Source of the DNA: Phycisphaerae bacterium
GTDB taxonomy: Bacteria; Planctomycetota; Phycisphaerae; WQYP01
Length of the DNA: 64,000 nucleotides
Reading direction: 5' to 3'
NCBI GenBank assembly: GCA_035548175.1
Contig: DASZTO010000073.1
Location: 581 to 64,580 of the forward strand
Within the stretch, counting starts at the first letter, position 1. Each line of letters opens with the position of its first letter. This document shows, piece after piece, positions 28,584-38,046 of the stretch. The position numbers and the translations under genes were made by a program. Under the pieces are notes generated by a model, which saw only the letters and a list, made by a program, of their open reading frames with translations, did no database searches and had not been told where the DNA came from.

Positions 28584-29285
28584 ATGATGGAGATTATCGG
28601 TCAGGTGGCGGGTGCCGCATTCACCCTTTTCAGCCAGGGAGGGGGGCTGGGGGGGATGGTGCTGGGGTTAATCCGGGCGCCGGCGCTGCCGGAGTCAATG
28701 GAAGCGTTCCTGTTTGAGAATCATTGGCTGTATTGGGCGATCGGCCTGGCGCTGGGTCTGACGCTGGCGTATCGGGGCCGGACGCTGACGAACCAGGGGA
28801 TGCTGCGGGTGGGGGTGGCGATCGCGGCGGTGGCGGTGTTGTGGGGGGGAGCGGCGCTGCTGGTGGATACGCCGGCGGAGCGGTTGTACGCGGCGCACAA
28901 GGGGATGGCGGCGGCAGCGGCGGCGGGGGATGTCGACAAGCTGGTGGGGTATCTGGCGAACAACTTCACCTGCCCGCAACTGGACATTGAGGACGCGCGC
29001 GATTCCCGGGAGGCGCTGGAGGCGGCGCTCAAGGCGAATGGCATAAAGGGAAGCACGATCACGAGTTATCACAGTACGATCAACCACGGCGTGGCGCAGG
29101 TGTCGCTGACGCTTTTGACGGAGACGCAGGGGGGAGCGGTCAAGACAAACTGGCGGCTGACGTGGGCGGATGTTCCGGGAGAGGATTGGCGGATACAGGA
29201 GGCGGAGTTGGAGGCGGTGGACGATCAGCCGGTGAACAGCGATTTTCGCATTCCTAAACAGGGGGGCGAGCTGCCGGGGTTTTGA
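28584..29285 (+). CDS. Membrane protein of unknown function
   Basis: Three to four TM helices at the N-terminus (AIGLALGLTLAY, GVAIAAVAVLWGGAALLV) and a soluble C-terminal half; SD AAGGGG. Confidence 0.45.
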   Translation: MMEIIGQVAGAAFTLFSQGGGLGGMVLGLIRAPALPESMEAFLFENHWLYWAIGLALGLTLAYRGRTLTNQGMLRVGVAIAAVAVLWGGAALLVDTPAERLYAAHKGMAAAAAAGDVDKLVGYLANNFTCPQLDIEDARDSREALEAALKANGIKGSTITSYHSTINHGVAQVSLTLLTETQGGAVKTNWRLTWADVPGEDWRIQEAELEAVDDQPVNSDFRIPKQGGELPGF

Positions 29286-29372
29286 GCGGGCGGAGAGCGG
29301 GGAGTGCGGGGGGTTAAGGGATTGGAGTGAAGGACCGATAGAGTGGGTAACGAACTCCAGAGGAGACCCACC

Positions 29373-30260
29373 ATGTCGCAGGCCGACGTGCCAGTCGCAC
29401 CCGCCAAGGACCCGCAGGCGATCATCAACGACGCGATCAACGCGGTGTCGCACATTGCGACGCTGCCGGAGATCACGGTGAAGATCATCCAGTTGGTGGA
29501 GAATCCGAAATCCACCGCGCAGGATCTGCACAAGCTGATCTCGAACGATCCGGCGCTGGTGGCGCGGATTCTGAAGGTGGTCAACTCGGCGTTTTACGGG
29601 TTGCCGGGGCAGATCGGGTCGATCAACCGTGCGATCGTGCTACTGGGTTTGAACGCGGTGAAGAACATCGTGATCGCGGCGTCGCTGGCGAAGCTGTTCA
29701 GGGGCGGACGGGTGTCGGCGCAGTTCTCGGCGAAGGAATTGTGGTCGCACTCGGTGGGCGTGGGCGTGATGGCGAAACTGATCACCGGCAAGCTCAATGG
29801 GCAGCTTCCGGATGAAGCGTTCCTGGCGGGACTGATTCACGACATCGGCATCCTCGTGGAATTGCAGTCGATGCGGGAGTCGCTGGTGGAAGTGGCGGAG
29901 AAGGCGACGCGCGAAGAACGGCGGTATATCGACATCGAGACGCAGGTGATCGGAGTGGATCACCAGGCGCTGGGCGCGGGGCTGACGGCGAAGTGGAAAT
30001 TCCCGCGCAGCTTCCAGTATGTGACGGGGCATCATCACCACCCGATGGCGCTGGCGATGGAGTGCCGGTGGCTGGCGTGCGTGGTGCACGTGGCGGACCA
30101 CGTGTGCACGCGCGAGAACATCGGGTATTCGCTGACGTGCAAGGGGGAGGCGCTGGATCCGGCGGTGCTGGAGGAGTTGAAGCTGCCGATGGAAACGGTG
30201 AACGAGCTGGCGAAGCAGTTGCCCGAGGCGCTGAAGGAAACCGAGGCGCTGTTGTCGTGA
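29373..30260 (+). CDS. HDOD-domain (HD-related output domain) signalling protein
   Basis: LPEITVKIIQLVENPKSTAQDLHKLISNDPALVARILKVVNSAFYG...LWSHSVGVGV...LAGLIHDIG. The ATG at 29373 has AGGAG 7 nt upstream. Confidence 0.7.
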   Translation: MSQADVPVAPAKDPQAIINDAINAVSHIATLPEITVKIIQLVENPKSTAQDLHKLISNDPALVARILKVVNSAFYGLPGQIGSINRAIVLLGLNAVKNIVIAASLAKLFRGGRVSAQFSAKELWSHSVGVGVMAKLITGKLNGQLPDEAFLAGLIHDIGILVELQSMRESLVEVAEKATREERRYIDIETQVIGVDHQALGAGLTAKWKFPRSFQYVTGHHHHPMALAMECRWLACVVHVADHVCTRENIGYSLTCKGEALDPAVLEELKLPMETVNELAKQLPEALKETEALLS

Positions 30261-30263
30261 GGG

Positions 30264-30584
30264 CTATTTGGTGGGGTTTGGCGGGGCGGGGGAAGCGGGG
30301 GGCGGGGTGCCGGCGGGAGCGGTGGCGGGCGTGGCGGCGGGGGCGGAAGCCGGCGCCTGGGAGGGAGCGGGGGCGGCGGATTTGAGACCGGCGGATTGCG
30401 TATTGTAAATCTCGACCTGATTTTTCAGGATGTCGAGGTTGGGGGTGGCGGCCGGTGGCGGGGCGACGCCGTCGAGATGGGGATCGTAAGTAATGGTATC
30501 GGATTCGCTGGGGCCGCAGCCTGCCATCATGCCGGCGACCAGCACTGCCGCGGGAACCAGGACGCACGCAACCGCTCGTTTCAT
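30264..30584 (-). CDS. Small lipoprotein with a Pro/Ala-rich C-terminus
   Basis: MKRAVACVLVPAAVLVAGMMAGCG lipobox; GAGGAG SD; 106 aa. Confidence 0.5.
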   Translation of the reverse strand: MKRAVACVLVPAAVLVAGMMAGCGPSESDTITYDPHLDGVAPPPAATPNLDILKNQVEIYNTQSAGLKSAAPAPSQAPASAPAATPATAPAGTPPPASPAPPNPTK

Positions 30585-30639
30585 CCGCGAACTCCTCAAA
30601 AGTGATTCCTGCCCCCCCACCGCACCACGCATGGGAAGC

Positions 30640-32601
30640 CTACCCCTCTTTGGCGGCAGCGCCAAGATAGGCGGCGATGACGGCGGGATTTCGGCGGATC
30701 TGGTCGGGGGTTCCGGTGGCGATGGTTTTGCCGTAATCGAGGACGACGATGCGTTCGCAGACGCCCATGATGACTTTCATGTCGTGTTCGATGAGGAGGA
30801 TGGCGAGTCCGAAGCGTTGGCGGAGGGAGCGGATCATGTCCATGAGGGAGCGTTTTTCGGTGGGGTTCATGCCTGCGGCGGGCTCGTCGAGGAGGAGGAT
30901 GCGGGGTCGCGTGGCGAGGGCGCGGGCGATTTCGAGGCGTCGCTGGTCGCCGTAGGAGAGGGAGCTGGCGCAGGCGTCGGCGAGGTGTTCGAGGTGGAAG
31001 AGGGCGAGGTATTCGAGGGCGTTTTTGCGGGACTTGTCTTCTTCGCGGAAGAAGGCGGGGGTGCGGAGGATGGCGGCGGGGATGCCTTGCTTGTGGTGCA
31101 TGTGCTGGGCGATCTGGACGTTGTCGAGGACGGAGAGATTGGCGAAGAGGCGGATGTTCTGGAAGGTGCGGGCGACGCCGCGCTTGGAGATGGAGTGGGG
31201 GCGGAGGTGGCGGGCGGAGTGGTCGGCGATGGCGACACGTCCGGCGGTGGGTCGGTAGACGCCGGTGAGGACGTTGAAGACGGTGGTTTTGCCCGCGCCG
31301 TTGGGGCCGATGAGACCGACGAGTTCGCCGGGTGCGAGTGCGAGGGAGAAGTCGTCGACGGCTTTGAGGCCGCCGAATTGCATGGTGACATCGCGCGCGG
31401 AAAGAAGCGGAGTGCTGGGTGTTGCGTGTTGAGGACTGAGGGGAGAGGGCTGAGTCCTGAGTTCTGAATCCTGAGTTGTGGGGGGTCGGCGGCTATTGAG
31501 GAAGGGGGCGAAGAGGTCGGTGATTTCGTAGCGGCCGAAGATGCCGTGGCGCATGAAGAGCATGGCGAGGATGATGAGGAGGGCGTAGGCGACGGGCCGC
31601 CATCGTTCGGTGATGTCGGTGGGGACGAGGGTGTTGCGTTCGAGGATGGGGGGTATGACGGTGAGGAAGATGGCGGCGAGCGCGGAGCCGGTGATGGAGC
31701 CTTGTCCGCCGAGGATGACGTAGAGGACGATCATGGTGGAATACATGAAGCGGTAGCTGTTTGGGTTGAGGTCGCCGTACTGGCTGTAGAGTGCTCCGGC
31801 GAGTCCGGCGAGAGCGGCGCCGATGACGAAGGCGGCGATTTTGTAGCGGGTGGTGGGGATGCCGACGGCTTCGGAGGCGATGGGGTCTTCGCGGATGGCC
31901 AGGAGCGCCCGGCCGGTGGTGGAGTACTTGATGTTGCGGACGATGAGGATGGTGACCAGGACGGCCAGGAGCATCCAGAAGGAGGAGATGAAGTAGAGGG
32001 TGTTGTTGTTGTAGGCGATGACGTCGGGGCCGAAGGGGGTGTTTTTGCCGCCCTCGGCCCACCAGAGTTGTCGCATGTTGTCGATGCGGAGACCGAAGGT
32101 GCGGCCGAGGTATTCGCTGTTGCCGATGACGGTGGCGACGATTTCGCCGAAGCCGAGGGTGGCGATGGCGAGGTAATCGCCGCGGAGGCGGAGGGTGGGG
32201 AGTCCGACGAGCAGGCCGAGGAAAGCGCAGAGGAGCATGGCGGCGAGCATTCCGGCGACGGCCATGCAGGTGAAGGAGGCGGTGACGGAGAGGCCGAGGT
32301 GGGCGTGCCAGAAGGTGAGTTGTGGGAGGAAGAAGCCGGGTTTTCCGGTGATGACGGCGGCGGTGTAAGCGCCGACGGCCATGAATCCGGCGTGGCCGAG
32401 GGAGAATTGTCCGGTGAGGCCGAGGATGAGGTTGAGGCTGACGGCGAGGATGACGGCGATGCAGCAGTCGTAGAAAGTGTTGTGGGTGAGGGAGGACATG
32501 AGGAGGCGGGGATTGTCGAGGGCTGGGGAGACGGCGGCGATGAGGCCGATGAGGACGGCGATTGTCGCCAGGTGAAACCAGGAGCGCGTCGCGGGGGTCA
32601 T
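30640..32601 (-). CDS. In-frame fusion of branched-chain amino-acid ABC permease (LivM-like) and ATPase (LivG-like)
   Basis: The N-terminal 360 aa is a polytopic permease. The C-terminal 255 aa has GLIGPNGAGKTT, LSYGDQRRLEIARAL and LLLDEP. They are joined by the PTTQDSELRTQPSPLSPQHATPSTP linker, encoded by CTGAGTCCTGAGTTCTGAATCCTGAGTTGTG repeats at 31450-31480. No livF-like second ATPase follows. Confidence 0.8.
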   Translation of the reverse strand: MTPATRSWFHLATIAVLIGLIAAVSPALDNPRLLMSSLTHNTFYDCCIAVILAVSLNLILGLTGQFSLGHAGFMAVGAYTAAVITGKPGFFLPQLTFWHAHLGLSVTASFTCMAVAGMLAAMLLCAFLGLLVGLPTLRLRGDYLAIATLGFGEIVATVIGNSEYLGRTFGLRIDNMRQLWWAEGGKNTPFGPDVIAYNNNTLYFISSFWMLLAVLVTILIVRNIKYSTTGRALLAIREDPIASEAVGIPTTRYKIAAFVIGAALAGLAGALYSQYGDLNPNSYRFMYSTMIVLYVILGGQGSITGSALAAIFLTVIPPILERNTLVPTDITERWRPVAYALLIILAMLFMRHGIFGRYEITDLFAPFLNSRRPPTTQDSELRTQPSPLSPQHATPSTPLLSARDVTMQFGGLKAVDDFSLALAPGELVGLIGPNGAGKTTVFNVLTGVYRPTAGRVAIADHSARHLRPHSISKRGVARTFQNIRLFANLSVLDNVQIAQHMHHKQGIPAAILRTPAFFREEDKSRKNALEYLALFHLEHLADACASSLSYGDQRRLEIARALATRPRILLLDEPAAGMNPTEKRSLMDMIRSLRQRFGLAILLIEHDMKVIMGVCERIVVLDYGKTIATGTPDQIRRNPAVIAAYLGAAAKEG

Positions 32602-33569
32602 CAGACTTTCTCCGGGACGGCTTTGCCGAAGATGCCCTCGGGACGGACGAGGAGGACGAGGATGAGGATGAGGAAGGCGGCGGCGTCCTGGTACTCGCTC
32701 CAGCCGAAGTAGGCGACGAAGGCTTCGACGAGGCCGAGGATAATGCCGCCGACGGCCGCGCCGGGGATGTTGCCGATGCCTCCGATGACGGCGGCGATGA
32801 AGGCCTTGAGGCCGGGGATGACGCCCAGGAGCGGCGTGATGGAGCGATAGCGGAAGCCGTAGATCACCCCCCCTACCGCGGCGAGCGCGCTGCCGAGGAT
32901 GAAGGTGAAGGAGATGATGCGGTCGATGTGGATGCCCATGAGGCGTGCGGCGTCGTAGTTGACGGAAACGGCGCGCATGGCTTTGCCGGTGCGGGTGAAA
33001 CGGACGATGTAAAAGAGGAGTGCGAGGCAGAAGAGCGTGGCGCCGAAGGTGAGCAGGTCGTTGCCGGAGACGCTCAGGCCGGTGGCGTTTTTGATGGAGA
33101 GGATGGCCTGGTCAAATTCGTAACGGCCGATGGCGATTTTGGGGACGGCGGTGGGGGTGGGACCGAAGAAGCGGTTGCCGTGGAAGTGCCATTCGATCTG
33201 GAGGAGGTATTCGAGGAAGAGGGAGACGCCGATGGCGGTGATGAGGGAGGCGAGGCGGGAGGCTTTTCGCAAGGGGCGGTAGCAGAGGCGTTCGATGGCG
33301 TAACCGAGTGCGCCGCAGGCGAGCATGGCGGCGAGCATGGAGAGGGCGGCGGTGGCGACGGACTGGTCGGCGACATCGGAAAGGCCGAGGCGTTGCTGAA
33401 TGAAGCGAGTGGTGTAGCAGCCGACGAAAGCGCCGACCATGAAGACGTCGCCGTGAGCGAAGTTGATGAGTCGGAGGACGCCGTAGACCATGGTGTAGCC
33501 GAGGGCGATGAGCGCGTAGGTGGAACCGACGGCGAGGCCGTTGAGCAACTGTTGCAGCAGATCGGTCAT
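32601..33569 (-). CDS. Branched-chain amino-acid ABC transporter permease (LivH-like)
   Basis: LLNGLAVGSTYALIALGYTMVYGVLRLINFAHGD and nine TM helices. Confidence 0.85.
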   Translation of the reverse strand: MTDLLQQLLNGLAVGSTYALIALGYTMVYGVLRLINFAHGDVFMVGAFVGCYTTRFIQQRLGLSDVADQSVATAALSMLAAMLACGALGYAIERLCYRPLRKASRLASLITAIGVSLFLEYLLQIEWHFHGNRFFGPTPTAVPKIAIGRYEFDQAILSIKNATGLSVSGNDLLTFGATLFCLALLFYIVRFTRTGKAMRAVSVNYDAARLMGIHIDRIISFTFILGSALAAVGGVIYGFRYRSITPLLGVIPGLKAFIAAVIGGIGNIPGAAVGGIILGLVEAFVAYFGWSEYQDAAAFLILILVLLVRPEGIFGKAVPEKV

Positions 33570-33600
33570 GGGCCACAGGGAATCAGAGGGCGCGGGCGTG

Positions 33601-34830
33601 TCAGTGGGCGGGTGCGGAGGCGGCGGATTCGCCGACGCGCGCCACCATTTTCAGTTTACCGTTGTCGATTTCCAGGACGACGCCGGGCTTTTTGGCGTTG
33701 CGGTTGGCGTCGATGGTGATGTTGCCGGTGACGCCGGGGAAATTGGTCGTTTTCGCGAGAGCTTCGCGGATGTCACGGCCGTCGGTGGAATCGGCGCGCT
33801 GGATGGCGGCGAAAAGGATATTGGCGGCATCGTAACCGAGGACCGCCATGGCGTCGGGAGTTTCGCCATCATATTTCTGCTGGAATTTCTTGACGAAGGC
33901 CTGGACGCGGGGGTTGGGGTCGTCGGGAGCGTAGTGGTTGGTGTAGTAACAGCCGTTGACGGCGTCGCCTCCCTGCTTGAGGGTGACGTCGGAGTCCCAG
34001 CCGTCGCCGCCGATGAAGGGGACGTTGAGGCCGAGCTTTCGGGCCTGGGGGAGGATTTTGACGATGTCGGTGTAGTAGCCGGGGAGAAAAACGAGCTGGG
34101 GGTCGGCGGCGCGGATGTTGGTGAGCTGGCTTTGGAAGTCCTGGTTTCCGCCGGCGTAATTTTCGTGGATGACGATGGCGCCGCCGGCGGCGGTGAATTC
34201 CTTGTCGATGACCTTGGAAAGGCCTTCGCTGTAGGGGTTCTGGGAATCGGTGAAGATGGCGGCCCTGGTGAGGTGGAGGTTTTGGGCGGCGAAGTCCGCG
34301 ATCCATTTGCCCTGCTGGGCGTCGGTGAAGCAGGAGCGGAAGATGTAGTCGCCGAGATCGGTGATGTCGTTGCGCGTGGAGGCGGGCGAGAGCAGGGGGA
34401 TTTTGTTGCGCTGGCAGTCGGGGGCGGCGGCGGCGGTGCGCCCCGAGGCGACCTCTCCGAGGATGGCGCAGACGTGGTCCTGCTCGATGAGCTTAAGGAC
34501 GGCCTGGCGGACCTGGGAGGCCTGGGACTGGTCGTCGGCCTGGACGATGTCGATTTTTTTGCCGAGGATGCCGCCCTGGGCGTTCTGCTCCTCAGCCGCG
34601 AGAAGGATGCCCTTGTTGGAGGATTGCCCGAAGGTGCTGGTGTCGCCGGTGGTGGATTGGAGGCTGCCGATTTTGATGGTGTCGCCGGAGCCGCCCCCGC
34701 CGCCGGTCTGGGTGGTGCTTCCGCCGTCGCCGCCGCCGCAGGAGGAGAGCGATCCGAGCGAAGCGAACGTGAGGGTGGCGGCGGTTGCCGCCAACAGGCA
34801 GCGGCGGGTCATGCGCTGGGTCATGGTCAT
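33601..34830 (-). CDS. Leu/Ile/Val-binding periplasmic substrate-binding lipoprotein (LivJ/K-like)
   Basis: Signal and lipobox MTMTQRMTRRCLLAATAATLTFASLGSLSSCGG; type-I periplasmic-binding fold motifs; AAGGGAG SD. Confidence 0.8.
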   Translation of the reverse strand: MTMTQRMTRRCLLAATAATLTFASLGSLSSCGGGDGGSTTQTGGGGGSGDTIKIGSLQSTTGDTSTFGQSSNKGILLAAEEQNAQGGILGKKIDIVQADDQSQASQVRQAVLKLIEQDHVCAILGEVASGRTAAAAPDCQRNKIPLLSPASTRNDITDLGDYIFRSCFTDAQQGKWIADFAAQNLHLTRAAIFTDSQNPYSEGLSKVIDKEFTAAGGAIVIHENYAGGNQDFQSQLTNIRAADPQLVFLPGYYTDIVKILPQARKLGLNVPFIGGDGWDSDVTLKQGGDAVNGCYYTNHYAPDDPNPRVQAFVKKFQQKYDGETPDAMAVLGYDAANILFAAIQRADSTDGRDIREALAKTTNFPGVTGNITIDANRNAKKPGVVLEIDNGKLKMVARVGESAASAPAH

Positions 34831-34861
34831 CTCCCTTCGTGACGTGTTCGAACCCTGGCGA

Positions 34862-35548
34862 TCAACGGGCCGGCGAGGTGTCCGGCGGCGCAGTGGGCAG
34901 CAGGAACGGGCTGGGAAAGGTCGTCGGCTGTGAGGCGGGGGCGGGGCCGGTCGCCGGGGGCACGGGGGCGAGGGCGGTTTCGCGGGATTTGGCGAAGAAA
35001 TCCTGTTGTGCCTGATGGAGTGCGTCGGCAGCGCGGACCTGGTCGAAGAGGGCGTTGACGTTGCCGCGAATGCGCGCCCGGCCGATGTTGTCCTGGAAAT
35101 TGGAGGAGGCCTGAGTGAGGCGGAGGTCGCCATCCATGATGCGAGCGGGGAGGCGATGCTTGCCATTTTTGCCGAAGAGGCGGACAAAGCCTGCGCCTTC
35201 ATAGAGGCCGACGGAGTTGGGGGTCATGAGGGCGTAGCGGTAGGTGGCGTTGAGGGCGGTGTTGTCGAGGGAGGTTTTGCCGCCGATGGGCCGCCAGAAG
35301 ACGCGGAGGGTGAATATCTGGTCGACGGGCTGGTGGGTGGTTCGGTCGACGGTGTGGGAGCGGAGGATGTAGTAGAGGGTGTTGTCGCGGTCGGCGTAGT
35401 AATAGGCCTGGCTGAAGCGCGGGGAGATGACGTAACCGCGGGTTTTGGCGGATTCGATTTGCAGCGGGCGATAGGCGGCACACCCCGTGAGCAGGGGGGC
35501 GAGAACAAGCGCGAGCAGGAGCCACAGCGGGGCGAGTCGATGATTCAT
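34862..35548 (-). CDS. Lipoprotein of unknown function
   Basis: MNHRLAPLWLLLALVLAPLLTGCAAY lipobox; 228 aa. Confidence 0.5.
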   Translation of the reverse strand: MNHRLAPLWLLLALVLAPLLTGCAAYRPLQIESAKTRGYVISPRFSQAYYYADRDNTLYYILRSHTVDRTTHQPVDQIFTLRVFWRPIGGKTSLDNTALNATYRYALMTPNSVGLYEGAGFVRLFGKNGKHRLPARIMDGDLRLTQASSNFQDNIGRARIRGNVNALFDQVRAADALHQAQQDFFAKSRETALAPVPPATGPAPASQPTTFPSPFLLPTAPPDTSPAR

Positions 35549-35591
35549 ATGGGCGGTAGTGTAGCGGGCGAGTATGCGACCGGCCAGCGCG

Positions 35592-35918
35592 TCAGGAAGG
35601 GGGCTGTTCGTGGGCGAGGCGGTCGGCGAGTTGGCGGAGGTAGACGAAGGTGTAAATGCCGGCGGCGTGGCGGTCGGACCAGGCGATGCGGAGGGCGTAG
35701 TTGCCGACGAGTTCGGCGGAGAGGGCGGTGATGGGGCCATCGTAAGAGGTTTTGACGATCGGCAGGTGGGTGCGGCCGAGGATGTCGCGTTCGCCCTGGC
35801 AGCCGGCGCAGGGGCAGTTTTTGCGGAGGAAGCGCAGGGGGAGGGAGGTGGCGGCGCCGTCGTCCCAGGTGATGTCCAGGGATTCGGCTTTCCGGAGGTG
35901 GATGTCGGTGGGCTGCAT
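35592..35918 (-). CDS. DUF971-family protein
   Basis: The pattern ...DGAATSLPLRFLRKNCPCAGCQ...GPITALSAELVGNYALRIAWSDRHAAGIYTFVYLR is typical of the gamma-butyrobetaine hydroxylase-like N-terminal domain (DUF971). Confidence 0.55.
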   Translation of the reverse strand: MQPTDIHLRKAESLDITWDDGAATSLPLRFLRKNCPCAGCQGERDILGRTHLPIVKTSYDGPITALSAELVGNYALRIAWSDRHAAGIYTFVYLRQLADRLAHEQPPS

Positions 35919-35974
35919 ACGGTTAAATTAGGGGATTGGTGAAGCAGGTTCAATTGGAGGAGGCGGGATTGCGT

Positions 35975-36880
35975 TCAGGGACCGGTCGGATGGTTGAGCA
36001 GCGATGTGCGCGGGGCGAGGGCTTCGTGCGGCGGGAGGCGGCGGGAGAGCAGGGCGAGGAGGCGGTAGGAGAGGAGTTGGAGGAAGGAACCGTGCTTGGC
36101 GAAGTAGCGGAGGGTGCCGCGGGCGGCATATCGCTGGACCTCTGGTCGAGGGGAGCGTGCGGCGTTGGGGGAGTGATGGGTGACGGCGGCGGCGGGGAAG
36201 AACCAGGATTCGCGGCCGGCGTTGCGGAGCCGGCGGAGCAGATCGACTTCCTCCACATAGAGGAAGAAATGATCGTCGAACCCCCCTACCGCGTCGAAGG
36301 CGTCCTTGCGTAGGAGGAGGCAGGCGGCCATGGCCCAATCGATGGGCTGCGCGACGGTGGGCTGGGGATGGAGGTACTTGCGGTGTTCGCGTGTGCGGAA
36401 TTGATCGGCGATGAGATCGCGGATGGTGAAGAAGCGGCCGACGGAGGGCTGGGTGGAGCCGTCGGGGTTCATGAGGCGCGGGATGATGCAGGCGGCGCGA
36501 TCGAAGGGGGGCTCCTGGGCGGCGAGAGGATCGAGGAAGGCGGCGGCGAAATTATGGGGGAAGGTGAGGTCGGGATTGCACAGGAGGATGTGGGTGGCGT
36601 CAGGTGCGGCGGCGATGGCGTGGTTGGCGGCGGGGCCATAGCCGAGGTTGCCGAGCGGGAGGAGGCGCGCGGCGGGGGCGGCGCGTGCGGCGGCATCGTG
36701 GGTGTCGTCGGAGGAGCCGGAGTCGGCGATGATGGTGCGGCAGTGCAGGTGCCTGGCGCGCGAGGAGGCGGCGAGGGTATCGCGCCAGGTGGCGAAGAAT
36801 GCAGGCAGCCAGCGTGAGCTGTTGTGCGTGATGACCACCAGGGCGAGGGATGGGGATGGGGTCCCGGACATCGGGGGCAT
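35975..36880 (-). CDS. Glycosyltransferase family 2
   Basis: LALVVITHNSSRWLPAFFATW...IIADSGSSDDT... with DxD-like motifs and a GT-A fold. Confidence 0.7.
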   Translation of the reverse strand: MPPMSGTPSPSLALVVITHNSSRWLPAFFATWRDTLAASSRARHLHCRTIIADSGSSDDTHDAAARAAPAARLLPLGNLGYGPAANHAIAAAPDATHILLCNPDLTFPHNFAAAFLDPLAAQEPPFDRAACIIPRLMNPDGSTQPSVGRFFTIRDLIADQFRTREHRKYLHPQPTVAQPIDWAMAACLLLRKDAFDAVGGFDDHFFLYVEEVDLLRRLRNAGRESWFFPAAAVTHHSPNAARSPRPEVQRYAARGTLRYFAKHGSFLQLLSYRLLALLSRRLPPHEALAPRTSLLNHPTGP

Positions 36881-36903
36881 GATAGCGGGGCGGGCGTCGG
36901 CGG

Positions 36904-38046
36904 TCAGGTGTCGAGAAGGCGGTCGAGCAGGTCGCGAGCTTCGGAGAGCGCGGGGACGAGAGCGAGCGCATCGAGGATGTCGCGGTGCCGTTCGGCGAAG
37001 GCGAAGGGTTCGTCCTCACGAATGGCCTCGAGGCCGAGGCGGCGCAACACGGCGGCCATCAGGTCTTCGAGGTGGGCGCGCTTTTTGGCGGACACGGCGA
37101 CGGTTTCGATTCCGGCGGCGACCTGCGGCGGGGTCTGGAGCAGATCGCACTTGTTGAGGGCGATGAGCTGGGGGCGGGCGTCGCGGCCGGAGGCGAGCGC
37201 TGCGGTCCACGCAGCGGGATCGGCGGCATCGAGAACCAGGACGACGAGGTCGGCGTCGCGCGCCTGGCCGTGGGTGCGGTGAATGGATTCCTGTTCGAGC
37301 GGGTCGGCGGTTTCACGGATGCCGGCGGTATCGACGAGGATGATGGGGGCGTGGATGGTTGCGGCGGTAAAGGTGGTGGGGGCGTCGACCCAGTCGCGGG
37401 TGGTGCCGGGGAGATCGGAAGTGATGGCGATGGGGCGTCCGAGGAGGGCGTTGGCGAGGGTGGATTTACCGGCATTTGGCGGTCCGATGAGTGCGATGCG
37501 TGCGGGGATGAGGAGGCGCTGGAGTTCGCGTGCGCGTGCGAGCAGCCATTGGCACTGGGAATGGAGTTGCCAGAGATTGTGCGGAGCGGCGTTTTGGCGC
37601 CAGTGGGCGGTCCAGGCGGCGAGACCGCCGTGGGCCTGGACGGCGAGGAGGCGTGCGCCGGTCATGGTGGCGGCGCGGGGCAGGGCGAGCAGGATATCGG
37701 CGGGAATGCCGCGGGAATCTGTGGCGACGGCGGGCGCTTCGGAGGGCAGGATTTCCTTCGCCCCGGAGCGCCTTAGCGCCGCAAGGACGGCGTCGACCAC
37801 TGCGGTGCCGCCATGGAGGTGCAGTTCGAAGGATTCGTCGGCAATGCAGACCAGCAGGGCGTCGTCGAGGGATTCCTCGCCCTCCGCCAATTGGACGCGG
37901 GCCGCCTCGCCGGGACGGAGTAATTGGGCGCGGGATGCCGCTTTGCCGGAGAAGCGGGCGACGGTTTGCCGGGACGCGGAACCGGAGATGCGCAGGACGG
38001 CGATGGCCCCCATGCCCGGCGCGGTCATGCGCATCACGAGGGTCAT
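36904..38046 (-). CDS. MnmE/TrmE-like GTPase, C-terminally short (no CIGK tail)
   Basis: N-terminal TrmE_N domain (GAIAVLRISG...) and G domain (IALIGPPNAGKSTLANALLG...DLPGTTRD...DTAG...NKCD). It ends ...LLDRLLDT without the conserved C-terminal CxGK. It overlaps the MqnA stop as ATGA. Confidence 0.55.
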   Translation of the reverse strand: MTLVMRMTAPGMGAIAVLRISGSASRQTVARFSGKAASRAQLLRPGEAARVQLAEGEESLDDALLVCIADESFELHLHGGTAVVDAVLAALRRSGAKEILPSEAPAVATDSRGIPADILLALPRAATMTGARLLAVQAHGGLAAWTAHWRQNAAPHNLWQLHSQCQWLLARARELQRLLIPARIALIGPPNAGKSTLANALLGRPIAITSDLPGTTRDWVDAPTTFTAATIHAPIILVDTAGIRETADPLEQESIHRTHGQARDADLVVLVLDAADPAAWTAALASGRDARPQLIALNKCDLLQTPPQVAAGIETVAVSAKKRAHLEDLMAAVLRRLGLEAIREDEPFAFAERHRDILDALALVPALSEARDLLDRLLDT

